From an uncultured Alphaproteobacteria bacterium (GTDB taxonomy: Bacteria; Pseudomonadota; Alphaproteobacteria; UBA7985; CAJQQZ01): a stretch of DNA of 35,897 nucleotides. The notes beneath the pieces were generated by a model. The model saw nothing but the letters and a program-made list of their open reading frames with translations, did no database searches and was not told the origin of the DNA. Each line of letters opens with the position of its first letter. Position 1 is the stretch's first letter. This document shows, piece by piece, positions 1-9,187 of this stretch. A program made the position numbers and the translations under genes. The stretch lies in the NCBI GenBank assembly GCA_905480445.1, contig CAJQQJ010000413.1, positions 1-35,897 on the forward strand, given 5' to 3'.

Positions 1-142
1 ATATTCACAGTTCATCAATGGCCTTACTAAAGCAGGGATCGAAGTCGATCGTAAAGTGCTTTCAGACCTCGCCATTCGTGAGCCAGGTGCATTTAAGGAA
101 CTGGTCAACCAGGCTCGTTCCGCCGTCGAAAAAGCTGCCTAG
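1..142 (+). CDS. rplT: 50S ribosomal protein L20, C-terminal fragment (the 5' end lies outside the window)
   Basis: The frame starting at nt 2 translates to [46 protein letters not shown] and stops at TAG 140-142. This matches the conserved L20 C-terminus, and the position upstream of pheS-pheT fits the usual infC-rpmI-rplT-pheST synteny. Confidence 0.85.
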   Translation, partial: YSQFINGLTKAGIEVDRKVLSDLAIREPGAFKELVNQARSAVEKAA

Positions 143-170
143 TTAACAGGCAAACTTTTTAGAGATTTTA

Positions 171-212
171 GGGGCAGGTCTGTTTACCGGACGCTGCCCC
201 TTTTTCTGTTTT
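171..212 (+). terminator. Rho-independent terminator downstream of rplT
   Basis: GC-rich stem GGGGCAG (171-177) pairs with CTGCCCC (194-200), with possible extra GTC/GAC pairing. It is followed directly by TTTTTCTGTTTT (201-212). Confidence 0.8.
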
Positions 213-345
213 AGCCATATTCTCAAAACGTGAACAACCATTCGCGAATGTTGAATAGGTATGAAACAGGCAAGCAACAAAGACAGCCTCGAAAACCCAG
301 AATAGCTGGTGTTTTGGGATCAAGAAAGAAAAGGCAAAACATCTC

Positions 346-1425
346 ATGATTGATGTTAATGCATTGAGCGACAAATGGGTCGCTGAAGTAGAGGCGGCTA
401 GCGATCTAGCTGCATTGGATACAATCCGTGTGACTGCTCTCGGCAAGAAGGGCGAGATCACCGGTATGATGAAGCAAATGGGCTCGCTCAGCCCTGAAGA
501 GCGCAAAGAAACTGGCCAAGCGCTGAACAAGCTCAAGAACGCTATCAGCGAAGCCATTGATGCACGCAAAGCCGATCTAGAAGATGCTGAGCTTGACGCG
601 CGTTTGGCGCAAGAGAGCGTCGACATTTCACAAACCGTTCGTCCTCGCCGTAAAGGCACGATCCACCCAATCAGTCAGACTGTTGATGAAATGATCGCAA
701 TCCTTGGCGAAATGGGTTTCACACTAGCTGAAGGTCCAGAAGTCGAAGACGACTATCACAACTTCACAGCGCTCAACATGCCAGCCGACCACCCTGCTCG
801 CCAGATGCAAGATACCTTCTACATGAACGGTCACTCCGGCGACGAAGGCAGTCTGGTGTTACGGACACACACTTCGCCTGTGCAGATCCGCACAATGCTC
901 AGTGAGAAGCCGCCAATCCGCATCATCTGCCCAGGTCGTACTTTCCGCTGTGATTCAGACGCGACACACACACCAATGTTCAACCAGGTTGAAGGCTTGG
1001 TCATTGGCAAAGACATTCACATGGGCCATTTGAAAGGCTGCCTGCTCGACTTCTTGCGTGCTTTCTTCAATGAACCCAATATCAAGATCCAACTTCGCCC
1101 ATCCTACTTCCCTTTCACTGAACCTTCTGCTGAGGTCGACATCGGCTGCTCGCGTCAAGGCGGCGAACTCAAAATCGGCGAAGGCAACGATTGGTTGGAA
1201 ATTCTTGGCTGTGGCATGGTTAATCCACGGGTCTTAGAGGCTTGTAACATCGATCCCAACGAGTACCAGGGCTTTGCTTTTGGCATGGGTATTGAGCGTT
1301 TGGCCATGCTGAAGTACGGCATTCCTGATCTTAGAACTTTCTTTGACGGCGACGTTCGTTGGCTCGATCACTATGGTTTCGATGCTCTCGATCAACCGTC
1401 CATGGTGGGAGGGCTAAGCCGATGA
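346..1425 (+). CDS. pheS: Phenylalanine--tRNA ligase alpha subunit
   Basis: 359 aa ORF with class II aaRS PheS motifs ([67 protein letters not shown]). Confidence 0.97.
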   Translation: MIDVNALSDKWVAEVEAASDLAALDTIRVTALGKKGEITGMMKQMGSLSPEERKETGQALNKLKNAISEAIDARKADLEDAELDARLAQESVDISQTVRPRRKGTIHPISQTVDEMIAILGEMGFTLAEGPEVEDDYHNFTALNMPADHPARQMQDTFYMNGHSGDEGSLVLRTHTSPVQIRTMLSEKPPIRIICPGRTFRCDSDATHTPMFNQVEGLVIGKDIHMGHLKGCLLDFLRAFFNEPNIKIQLRPSYFPFTEPSAEVDIGCSRQGGELKIGEGNDWLEILGCGMVNPRVLEACNIDPNEYQGFAFGMGIERLAMLKYGIPDLRTFFDGDVRWLDHYGFDALDQPSMVGGLSR

Positions 1426-3818
1426 AGTTCACTCTTTCCTGGTTGAAAAAGCACCTTGAAACTGATGCCTCCCTTCAGGAGATCACCGACAAGCTGACTG
1501 CTATTGGTCTTGAGCTGGAGGAGGTCAATAACCCTGCGGAGAAGTATGCACCCTTTCGCACGGCAACTGTTGTGGACTGCTGGCAGCACCCGAATGCCGA
1601 CCGTCTTCGCGTTTGCATCGTAGATTCTGGCACCGGCGAAAACACTCAAGTCGTTTGCGGCGCCCCTAATGCTCGCAAAGGCATGAAGGCCGTGTTTGCA
1701 CCCGATGGTGCCTATATCCCTGGTTTGGATGTCACCTTGAAGGCCGGAACACTTCGCGGTGAAGCCTCTAACGGAATGCTGGTTTCTGAGCGTGAGCTAG
1801 AGCTATCTGACGAGCACGACGGTATCATCGATCTGCCTGAAGAAACCGAGATCGGTGTTCCGTATGCAGATTTCGCTGGCCTCAACGATCCCGTCATTGA
1901 GATTGGCGTCACGCCTAATCGTGGCGATTGTCTTGGAGTTCGTGGTATTGCCCGTGACCTGGCCGCGACCGGTATCGGTACTTTGATTGAACACCCCGAT
2001 GTCAAAATCGAAGGAAGCTTCAAATCAACACCTGTTGTCAAAATCGAAACAGAAGGCAAATACTGTCCGCTGTTCGCGAGCCGCTTGATCAAAGGCGTTA
2101 AGAATGGGCCGTCTCCTGCTTGGCTTCAGCAGAAATTGACTGCCATTGGTTTGCGTCCGATTTCTATTCTCGTTGACATCACCAACTTGATGACCATGGA
2201 TCATAACCGTCCGATGCACGTTTTCGACGCCGCTAAGGTCAAAGGCGATTTAGTAGTTCGAATGGGCCGTGAAGGTGATTCCTTCATGGCGCTGAACGAC
2301 AAAGAATACGAACTCAATGAAGAGATGACAGTCATCGGGGATGACAACGGCGTTGTCTCTCTCGCTGGTATCATGGGTGGCCTCAGCACTGGCGTTCAAG
2401 ACGACACAGCCGATGTCCTTGTTGAATCTGCTCTTTGGGACCCGAGCAACATCGCCACCACTGGTCGTCGCTTGAACATATTCTCTGACGCGCGTTTCCG
2501 TTTTGAGCGCGGCGTTGATCCCGAATACACAGTCGAAGGTTTGGAATTTGCGACCAAGCTCATTTTAGGTCTATGCGGCGGTAAAGCTGGAGAAATTAAT
2601 CTAGCGGGTGAAATGCCCAACACGCGCCGTGAGATGGAATTCGACCCTGCCATGGTGAAAAGCTGGGGTGGGATGGATGTTTCCACAGACCGTTGCATTG
2701 AGATCCTGAACAGCCTGGGCTTTCTATCGATGACACAAGGTGACAAGCTACTGGTGTCGATCCCGACTTGGCGTACAGACATCGACCGCCATTGGGATTT
2801 GATCGAAGAAATCACTCGCATCGAAGGCTTTGACAAAATCCCTGCGATCTCGCTGCGCAATGAAGAAGCATTGCCACAGGATGCTTATACGCCAGACCAA
2901 AAGAAACTCCGCTCTGCTCGTCGCGCACTGGCCGCTCACGGCATGAACGAGGCCGTTACTTGGTCGTTCACATCATCAGTCACAGCACCTCTGTTTGGTG
3001 AGATTAAGGACGAAGTTAGATTGGCGAACCCGATTTCCTCCGACCTTGATGTGATGCGGCCTAGCCTTCTACCCAACCTCATTTTGGCGGCCCAGCGTAA
3101 CGTGGATCGCGGTTTTGGTGACACAGCTCTTTACGAAATAGGCACTTACTTCTTAGGTGTTAAGCCTGAAGAGCAGCCAACAGCAATTGCTGGACTTCGC
3201 ACTGGCTCTCAAGGGCCACGTCACTGGGATCAAGGGCAACGCAGCGTAGACGTGTTTGACGCTAAAGAAGATGCCGTAGTGGCGTTGCAAGCATTGGGGG
3301 CTCCTGTTTCCAATTTGCAGACCTCCACCGATGCTCCTTCATACTATCACCCTGGACGCTCAGGTTCTTTGCGGTTGGGCAAAAATGTTTTGGCCAACTT
3401 CGGTGAATTGCATCCTCGTACCTTAAAGGCAATGGATGCCAAAGGCCCCATCGTGGCGTTTGAAGTCTTTCCGGCAAATGTGCCGAAATCAAAGAAAGCT
3501 GGCTCAACAGCCAGACCTTTGTTGAGACCTTCACCGTTGCAACCGTTAGAACGTGACTTTGCTTTCATTGTCGATCAAGGCGTTGCAGCAGACGCTGCCT
3601 TGCGGGCGGCAAAAGGGGCTGACAAGAAATTGATCACGGCCTCTTCGCTGTTTGATGTTTATCAAGGTAAAGGCATTGAAGAGGGCAAGAAGTCCCTGGC
3701 TTTGTCAGTCACCATCCAGCCGCAAGATCAGGCCATGACGGACGAGCAGATTGACGAAGTTTGTCAAAAAGTCATAGCCCAAGTCATCAAAGCCACTGGC
3801 GGTGACCTTCGATCCTAA
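1422..3818 (+). CDS. pheT: Phenylalanine--tRNA ligase beta subunit
   Basis: Start assigned to ATG 1422 ([13 protein letters not shown], the typical PheT N-terminus), which overlaps the pheS TGA stop as ATGA. The 21 upstream codons of the tracked ORF overlap pheS and look non-coding. tRNA-binding, B3/B4, B5 and FDX-ACB-like regions are recognisable. Confidence 0.95.
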   Translation: MKFTLSWLKKHLETDASLQEITDKLTAIGLELEEVNNPAEKYAPFRTATVVDCWQHPNADRLRVCIVDSGTGENTQVVCGAPNARKGMKAVFAPDGAYIPGLDVTLKAGTLRGEASNGMLVSERELELSDEHDGIIDLPEETEIGVPYADFAGLNDPVIEIGVTPNRGDCLGVRGIARDLAATGIGTLIEHPDVKIEGSFKSTPVVKIETEGKYCPLFASRLIKGVKNGPSPAWLQQKLTAIGLRPISILVDITNLMTMDHNRPMHVFDAAKVKGDLVVRMGREGDSFMALNDKEYELNEEMTVIGDDNGVVSLAGIMGGLSTGVQDDTADVLVESALWDPSNIATTGRRLNIFSDARFRFERGVDPEYTVEGLEFATKLILGLCGGKAGEINLAGEMPNTRREMEFDPAMVKSWGGMDVSTDRCIEILNSLGFLSMTQGDKLLVSIPTWRTDIDRHWDLIEEITRIEGFDKIPAISLRNEEALPQDAYTPDQKKLRSARRALAAHGMNEAVTWSFTSSVTAPLFGEIKDEVRLANPISSDLDVMRPSLLPNLILAAQRNVDRGFGDTALYEIGTYFLGVKPEEQPTAIAGLRTGSQGPRHWDQGQRSVDVFDAKEDAVVALQALGAPVSNLQTSTDAPSYYHPGRSGSLRLGKNVLANFGELHPRTLKAMDAKGPIVAFEVFPANVPKSKKAGSTARPLLRPSPLQPLERDFAFIVDQGVAADAALRAAKGADKKLITASSLFDVYQGKGIEEGKKSLALSVTIQPQDQAMTDEQIDEVCQKVIAQVIKATGGDLRS

Positions 3819-3826
3819 ATGCTACT

Positions 3827-3874
3827 GGCCAAGAGAGAGTCGATCAAAGTCTTGACAGCGACTCTCTCTTGGCC
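3827..3874 (+). terminator. Perfect 16-bp inverted repeat downstream of pheT (probable terminator or operator-like hairpin)
   Basis: GGCCAAGAGAGAGTCG (3827-3842) is the exact reverse complement of CGACTCTCTCTTGGCC (3859-3874), with a 16-nt loop. There is no strong T-tract after it, and the loop contains TTGACA (3852-3857). Confidence 0.4.
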
Positions 3875-3915
3875 GATTAGCTCCATCATCTTTTCTTAAG
3901 AGAAATCAGACAGCT

Positions 3916-5733
3916 ATGGCCGGCAAACAGGCAATTCCTCAAAGCCACATTCTCAACTTCGCTATTATCGCGCATATTGACCACGGTAATTCGACCCAGG
4001 CTGATCGCATGATCCATCTCTGCGGTGCTTTGACAGACCGTGAGATGAAGGAACAGGTTCTCGATTCCATGGATATCGAGCGTGAGCGCGGTATTACAAT
4101 TAAGGCCAATACCGTTCGCCTGGATTACAAATCCGTCGATGGCCAGGACTACGCGCTCAACCTAATCGACACACCTGGACACGTCGACTTTGCCTATGAA
4201 GTCAGCCGTTCCTTATCCGCCTGTGAAGGCTCTCTGTTATTGGTTGATGCCAGCCAAGGTGTTGAAGCGCAAACGCTCGCCAATGTCTATCTGGCTTTGG
4301 AAAACGATCACGAAATCATCACAGTTCTAAACAAGATTGATTTGCCGGCGGCAGAGCCAGAACGGATCCGTCAACAGATCGAAGACGTTGTTGGCTTAGA
4401 TGCCAGCGATGCGCTCTCTGTATCCGGTAAAACAGGCGACGGTGTTCGTGAAGTTCTAGAGCGCATCGTTGAAAATGTACCAGCCCCAGTTGGCGACGAT
4501 TCAGCTCCTCTGAAGGCGCTGTTGGTTGATAGCTGGTATGATACCTACCTTGGTGTGATCATTCTTGTTCGCGTTGTCGAAGGCTCTCTCAAAAAGGGCA
4601 CCAAGATACGCATGATGAATACGGGCGCCACGAAGGACGTCGAGCGCGTTGGTGTCTTCACACCCGCCAGAGTTGACAAGGGTTCACTCAGCGCTGGCGA
4701 GATTGGCTTTATTACGGCTGGTATCAAAACAGTCGCCGATTGCCAAATCGGTGATACCATTACCGAAGAACGCCGCCTAGCAGACGCACCTCTAGCTGGC
4801 TTTAAGCCGTCTATTCCTGTTGTTTTCTGTGGTCTGTTCCCATCAGAAGCAGCGGAGTTTGAAACACTACGCGACTCACTAGCGAAACTGGCACTGAACG
4901 ATTCCTCGTTCCAGTTTGAAGCTGAAACTTCGGCCGCGCTTGGTTTCGGTTTCCGTTGCGGTTTCCTCGGACTGCTTCATCTTGAGATCGTTCAAGAGCG
5001 CCTTGAGCGTGAATTCGACCTTGACCTCGTCACAACAGCGCCTTCCGTGGTTTACAAAGTCTATCACATCAACGGCGATATGTATGAGATTCACAACCCA
5101 GTAGATTTGCCAGAAGTTACTCAAATCAAGAAAATCGAAGAACCTTGGATCAAAGCAACCATCCTCGTTCCCGACGAGTTTTTGGGGCCAATCTTGAAGC
5201 TTTGTGAAGATCGCCGCGGCGTTCAACAAGAACTGACTTACGCTGGCAACCGCGCCATGATCATCTATAGACTGCCGCTTAACGAAGTGGTGTTCGATTT
5301 CTATGACCGGCTTAAATCAGTCTCAAAAGGCTACGCTTCCTTTGACTATGCTTTGGACTCTTATGAGGAAGAAGATCTGGTCAAGATGCAGATCTTGGTT
5401 AACCAAGAGCCTGTGGACGCACTTTCAATCATGGTCCACCGGTCCAAGGCAGAATCACGTGGCCGCGCTCTTTGTGAGCGTTTGAAAGAACTGATCCACC
5501 GCCAGCTCTTTAAGATTGCTATCCAGGCCGCCATTGGTGGCAAGGTTATCGCGCGTGAAACTGTATCTGCTATGCGCAAGGATGTGACAGCCAAGTGTTA
5601 CGGCGGCGACGTCTCAAGAAAGCGTAAACTGCTTGATAAGCAGAAAGAGGGTAAGAAACGCATGCGCCAGTTCGGCAAAGTCGATATTCCCCAATCCGCT
5701 TTCTTAGCCGCCCTCAGAATGAGTGACGACTAG
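3916..5733 (+). CDS. lepA: Translation elongation factor 4 (LepA), with a non-canonical P-loop
   Basis: 605 aa with strong end-to-end LepA signatures ([80 protein letters not shown]). The G1 motif reads AHIDHGNST rather than AHIDHGKST. Confidence 0.95.
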   Translation: MAGKQAIPQSHILNFAIIAHIDHGNSTQADRMIHLCGALTDREMKEQVLDSMDIERERGITIKANTVRLDYKSVDGQDYALNLIDTPGHVDFAYEVSRSLSACEGSLLLVDASQGVEAQTLANVYLALENDHEIITVLNKIDLPAAEPERIRQQIEDVVGLDASDALSVSGKTGDGVREVLERIVENVPAPVGDDSAPLKALLVDSWYDTYLGVIILVRVVEGSLKKGTKIRMMNTGATKDVERVGVFTPARVDKGSLSAGEIGFITAGIKTVADCQIGDTITEERRLADAPLAGFKPSIPVVFCGLFPSEAAEFETLRDSLAKLALNDSSFQFEAETSAALGFGFRCGFLGLLHLEIVQERLEREFDLDLVTTAPSVVYKVYHINGDMYEIHNPVDLPEVTQIKKIEEPWIKATILVPDEFLGPILKLCEDRRGVQQELTYAGNRAMIIYRLPLNEVVFDFYDRLKSVSKGYASFDYALDSYEEEDLVKMQILVNQEPVDALSIMVHRSKAESRGRALCERLKELIHRQLFKIAIQAAIGGKVIARETVSAMRKDVTAKCYGGDVSRKRKLLDKQKEGKKRMRQFGKVDIPQSAFLAALRMSDD

Positions 5734-5744
5734 GCTGCCAGCCT

Positions 5745-6035
5745 TTAACGCCTGCCAATGAGATAGAAGACCAATCCTAGCCCGCCTGCGGTCACCCAGA
5801 GTGGCCAGATGACCAGCTGGCCTATGCCATAGTCCCAAAGCCACCAATGCAGGTAACGCTCTGTAATAGCTTGTGTGAGGTTCAACGTGCCAGGGCTCCA
5901 GCTGTACCAAAACTGCCCTAGCAAGTAAGACTGCCAGTAGCCATCTCTAAAGTAGCCATAAGCCTCCATAATGACCAGCACTAAGGCTGTTGTTAACAGC
6001 ACCAGACCTAGGACTTTGAGAACCCGCTTTGTCAT
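5745..6035 (-). CDS. Hypothetical small Trp-rich membrane protein
   Basis: 96 aa ORF with a hydrophobic N-terminal helix (VLGLVLLTTALVLVIM) and a C-terminal helix (WPLWVTAGGLGLVFYLI). It fills an otherwise empty gap. No family was recognised. Confidence 0.5.
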   Translation of the reverse strand: MTKRVLKVLGLVLLTTALVLVIMEAYGYFRDGYWQSYLLGQFWYSWSPGTLNLTQAITERYLHWWLWDYGIGQLVIWPLWVTAGGLGLVFYLIGRR

Positions 6036-6246
6036 TCATTCAGCTTTCTTTGTTGCCTGTACTCTTATCTAGGCAGCTGTGTCGTCACAACGAAATCAAA
6101 GCAGCGTGAACAGTTTGTCATCGATAAATCGAAAGACAAAACAAGGTGCGAAAATAAATCATCAAACAAGCCTTTGACCCCATTGCATAAAACCTCGGTC
6201 TCCGCTAGTTTGCGCCACGCTTTTACGGAGCAGATTGTTCCGCGCT

Positions 6247-6337
6247 GGTGAGGTGGCCGAGTGGCTTAAGGCGCACGCCTGGAAAGCGTGTATGGGTTAA
6301 TAGCTCATCGAGGGTTCGAATCCCTCCCTCACCGCCA
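6247..6337 (+). tRNA. tRNA-Ser (anticodon GGA), with encoded CCA
   Basis: Manual cloverleaf: acceptor GGTGAGG/CCTCACC, anticodon stem CACGC/GCGTG with loop CTGGAAA (anticodon GGA), a long variable arm typical of tRNA-Ser, T arm GAGGG-TTCGAAT-CCCTC, discriminator G and a terminal CCA. Confidence 0.92.
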
Positions 6338-6385
6338 TTTCTGCAAATGTCCAGCCTTGGGTCATATCTTTCAAGTCAGCTAAAA

Positions 6386-6403
6386 ATTGTCCCGTCGGAC
6401 AAT
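6386..6403. terminator. Short hairpin between tRNA-Ser and the Crp-family gene (possible bidirectional terminator)
   Basis: ATTGTCC (6386-6392), CGTC loop, GGACAAT (6397-6403). It is flanked by an A-run on the plus strand, which is a T-run on the minus strand. The stem is only 7 bp. Confidence 0.3.
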
Positions 6404-6480
6404 GGAAAAACTCGAGTTTATTCCATGTTAGTCCGGCATCTTCCTTTGAGTATCGGTCAATATTGAACGACGATTTCAAT

Positions 6481-7176
6481 TTAGAGGCTGGCTTCATTAA
6501 GATCTGTCAAAGAACCGGCGTCCAATATTCGAATGGTCTGACGCTCTGTTTTAATCACACCTTTGCTGACCATGTCGCTTAAAGACCGACTAACTGCCTC
6601 GCGGCGCGCACCAATTCTCTGTGCTATATCTGCATGGGTTAAGGCGGGTTTGAGTACTCCGCCATCAAAGAGCTGATTGCGTTCCAACGCCTCCCGCACG
6701 ATCAAAGATTTAACACGCTCACTGACAGGTTTCGTGGCGAGTTCAAAGTTGCGGTTGCTTAGGTTTCGCACAGACTTAGCAAAATCTTTGATCAAGGCCA
6801 GTGCAAAATGCGGTTTGGTCTCAATCATCTGTAAGAAGGCTTCAGAGGAAACTTGCACCAGCTCTACATCCGTCAAGGCGCAAACACTGGCCGATCGAGG
6901 GCCGCCATCAATAGCGGCGAGCTCACCAAAGTAACTACCATGTTGAATTTCATCAAAGGCCAGTTCTGTTCCATCAACTGACGTCAAAAATGCTAAGGCG
7001 CGTCCTGATAGCAAAAAAAATACATCATTCTCCTCACTCATGTGATGAATGATGACTTGTCCTTTACTGTACTTCCGTTTTTGCAATTTTTCTGGGTCAA
7101 AACTTGACCCTTCTTCACACAAATATTGAAGTAGCGGAATACCGCTAGCAGGACACTGATTCGGGTTTCCCGTCAT
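6481..7176 (-). CDS. Crp/Fnr family transcriptional regulator (cNMP-binding domain plus C-terminal HTH)
   Basis: 231 aa with cNMP-binding beta-roll motifs (FGELAAIDGGPRSASVCA) and a C-terminal HTH (THADIAQRIGARREAVSRSLSDMVSKGVI). The Fnr-type N-terminal Cys cluster is absent. Confidence 0.9.
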   Translation of the reverse strand: MTGNPNQCPASGIPLLQYLCEEGSSFDPEKLQKRKYSKGQVIIHHMSEENDVFFLLSGRALAFLTSVDGTELAFDEIQHGSYFGELAAIDGGPRSASVCALTDVELVQVSSEAFLQMIETKPHFALALIKDFAKSVRNLSNRNFELATKPVSERVKSLIVREALERNQLFDGGVLKPALTHADIAQRIGARREAVSRSLSDMVSKGVIKTERQTIRILDAGSLTDLNEASL

Positions 7177-7361
7177 CGCCTCTCAGAAGTTCCTCTAATG
7201 ATTTTGTTCTTGCTCCACAAAAAAAGCTATCACGCGCCAAGGACACATCAACCTCCTATAGTTGGTAGGTTTGATATTCTTGGTTTTGATCAATCGCTCA
7301 TCTTACGAGTCGTTCTATCACATCTGTTGGAGCGCTGTGCAAAAGAAAATTTGGTGAGAAA

Positions 7362-8219
7362 TTACCGTCTTTTGGTTGCCCTGCCGGTCGTACGAGGTTT
7401 AGAGAAATCTGCATCTCCTTCCAGTTGTCGACTCGGGTTGGCAGTTCCCGTTGTAAAGGCTTGGTTCCATTGCCCAAGCTTAACATCTCTATCTGGCCAG
7501 GTTTCCAGTTTCTCTTCATCGCGATACATGGCAAACGGCCTTAGTGTGCTTTCGTAGAAGTCAATTTGCTCGTGGCGGCGATACTGCTCGGCGTCGTACC
7601 CATTCCAGTGCAGACATTGATCCAATGGACGGCGGTAGCGGGAATTTTGTGTTTTGACGGGATAGCCAATGGGAATGGTGCCATAAGCCTTCATCCAAGA
7701 GGGATAGCCTAGCAAGTCGGCCAGGTCTTGATTGGTCTCATCCTCACCGCCGCCTGACAACCAAGCCGACGTCAGGCCTTCTGCCGCGACCCCCAGCTGT
7801 ATATTTTGAATCGCGGCCCCCAAGGAACAAAGAAAGATCGCCTCGTTGTTGTTCAGATATTCAGCTTTATACTCTGGTGTTGTCGGTTGAGGGAAACAGA
7901 CCTTCCAGCGCGGATCGCCCAGCACAATGATAATGGCGACGGTGTTGGCTAAATAGTCCTTCTTAACTGCCGGGAAGCCCTTTGCGTGATCGACCAGCCG
8001 TTGGGCTTGCGCCTTGTAAACATCCGTGACCTTTTCCTTTATGCTTGGATCATCGATTACAAGAAACTCGAAACACTGCACGTTCGCCCCTGATGGCGCC
8101 CAACGACCGCAGTCGACAATGCGCTCTAAAACGGCTCTGTCAACGGCGTGACCGGCTTCATATTTTCGAGTTGAGCGACGTTTGCGAATAATCTCTTGGA
8201 ACAGTGGATCGTCTGACAT
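7362..8219 (-). CDS. Nitroreductase family protein with a C-terminal extension of about 75 aa
   Basis: 285 aa. The N-terminus RRSTRKYEAGHAVDRAVLERIVDCGRWAPSGANVQ is the classic nitroreductase FMN-binding signature. Confidence 0.85.
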   Translation of the reverse strand: MSDDPLFQEIIRKRRSTRKYEAGHAVDRAVLERIVDCGRWAPSGANVQCFEFLVIDDPSIKEKVTDVYKAQAQRLVDHAKGFPAVKKDYLANTVAIIIVLGDPRWKVCFPQPTTPEYKAEYLNNNEAIFLCSLGAAIQNIQLGVAAEGLTSAWLSGGGEDETNQDLADLLGYPSWMKAYGTIPIGYPVKTQNSRYRRPLDQCLHWNGYDAEQYRRHEQIDFYESTLRPFAMYRDEEKLETWPDRDVKLGQWNQAFTTGTANPSRQLEGDADFSKPRTTGRATKRR

Positions 8220-8284
8220 GGGCTAGTCTTCCTTTGGTTTTCTCTCCCAAAGTAAAGCGCGCCAAGGTCTGCCAGTCCAGAGCT

Positions 8285-9097
8285 TTAAAGCTTTCCGGCT
8301 TTTTCGAACATACGCCAAGCCGATTTAACCAATCCGGTTCGGAATGAATGGCCACCAGAAAACAAGCAAAACCTTAATATATCACTGTTTGAATTTACCT
8401 GATTTTCACAGCGTAGATTGTCGACCGTCGATTGGCCAGCGCTGGTGAAGCTACCATATTGCGAATACATATCCAGCACCTGCTTCACGTCTCCTTGTTG
8501 AGCGTCTCTGACCTTACGCCCCTTCAAGGGCACGGTCTTGTCTCTGTCACCGTGGATATGGATAAGGCTAGCCGGTGGCGTGGTACAGCTTTTGGGAATA
8601 GGCCGCCAAAAAGTTCCCGCCATCGGAGCAAAAGCCGCGAAAGCCTCACTTCGGTGACAAGCCAAGGTCCAAATCATCATACCACCAGCTGAAAAGCCAG
8701 TTGCCATTAGCCGATCCTTATCGATAGCAAAGCGCCGTGTGGCATCTTCAATAACCGCATCGAAGTAGGTCAAGTCATCAACACCGACTCTTTGCACAGC
8801 AGATGGTGAGCCAGGCAAAGCCCAGGCCCGTCCCGTTGCCTTTGTCGCGATGATTGCTATGCCGAGATCAGACGCCATACGAGCGAAGTCGCGGCTACCA
8901 ACAATCCCTTCGGCATTGCCACCCAGACCATGGGCAAAGACGATAGCGCCAACTAAAGTTTTACCATCGTGATTGGCGGGCATGCTAACACGGTAATGGC
9001 GGTCACCTAACCAGCAATGGCTTGAGATACCACAGGCTTGCGCCATCGGAATGCCCAGCAACAAGGCGGAGACCAGCACCAGTAAAACTCTCTTCAT
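8285..9097 (-). CDS. Secreted alpha/beta-fold esterase (PHB-depolymerase/LpqC-like family)
   Basis: Start placed at ATG 9095-9097 (MKRVLLVLVSALLLGIPMAQA signal peptide, preceded by AGGAGAGAG). It has a GFSAGG nucleophile elbow and HIHGDRDKTVP near the C-terminus. The upstream 50 codons of the tracked ORF overlap the divergent gene and look non-coding. Confidence 0.75.
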   Translation of the reverse strand: MKRVLLVLVSALLLGIPMAQACGISSHCWLGDRHYRVSMPANHDGKTLVGAIVFAHGLGGNAEGIVGSRDFARMASDLGIAIIATKATGRAWALPGSPSAVQRVGVDDLTYFDAVIEDATRRFAIDKDRLMATGFSAGGMMIWTLACHRSEAFAAFAPMAGTFWRPIPKSCTTPPASLIHIHGDRDKTVPLKGRKVRDAQQGDVKQVLDMYSQYGSFTSAGQSTVDNLRCENQVNSNSDILRFCLFSGGHSFRTGLVKSAWRMFEKAGKL

Positions 9098-9187
9098 CAC
9101 GTCTCTCTCCTGTTTCAGGCCAGTGGTTGACTTGGATGAGAAAGAAAAGCAGAGAAGAAGACTCAAGTCTAGCGGAAGAGGAACAAC

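Noticed and set aside
248-349. A 33-codon upstream ORF ([33 protein letters not shown]) whose TGA overlaps the pheS ATG. I considered it as a pheST leader or attenuator peptide.
   Set aside because: It has no Phe codons at all, unlike the Phe-rich pheM-type leader, and no convincing SD. An open frame of this length is not improbable by chance, and no clear terminator/antiterminator pair follows it.
168-659. A 163 aa minus-strand ORF overlapping the pheS 5' region. Many similar antisense ORFs occur elsewhere (for example 1712-2092, 2396-2860, 12179-12744, 24552-24986, 33242-33652).
   Set aside because: All lie antisense to strongly supported genes, have biased Ser/Arg/Ala/Leu composition and show no recognisable motifs. 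They are the expected shadow ORFs.
7013-7020. An A8 (T8 on the coding strand) homopolymer inside the Crp-family gene, considered as a possible slipped-strand phase-variation tract.
   Set aside because: Eight bases is short for a contingency locus, the tract encodes an ordinary Phe-Phe-Leu stretch, and there is no other sign of phase-variable architecture.
6247-7200. tRNA-Ser as an integration hotspot. I looked for a genomic island or prophage boundary downstream of the tRNA.
   Set aside because: There is no integrase, recombinase or phage gene nearby. I could not find a direct repeat of the tRNA 3' end further along the window, and the flanking genes look compositionally similar by eye.
7271-7293. 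TTGAT at 7271-7275 and TTGATCAA at 7286-7293 upstream of the Crp-family gene, considered as an Fnr/Crp box.
   Set aside because: On the relevant strand the spacing is TTGAT-N13-ATCAA, not the canonical TTGAT-N4-ATCAA. Only the short half-sites match.
7198-7557. A 119 aa plus-strand ORF spanning the crp/nitroreductase spacer and overlapping the nitroreductase 3' end.
   Set aside because: Its Ser/Leu/Arg-rich, low-information composition is typical of an antisense frame. It has no SD or family resemblance, and the opposite-strand frame is continuous with a bona fide nitroreductase.
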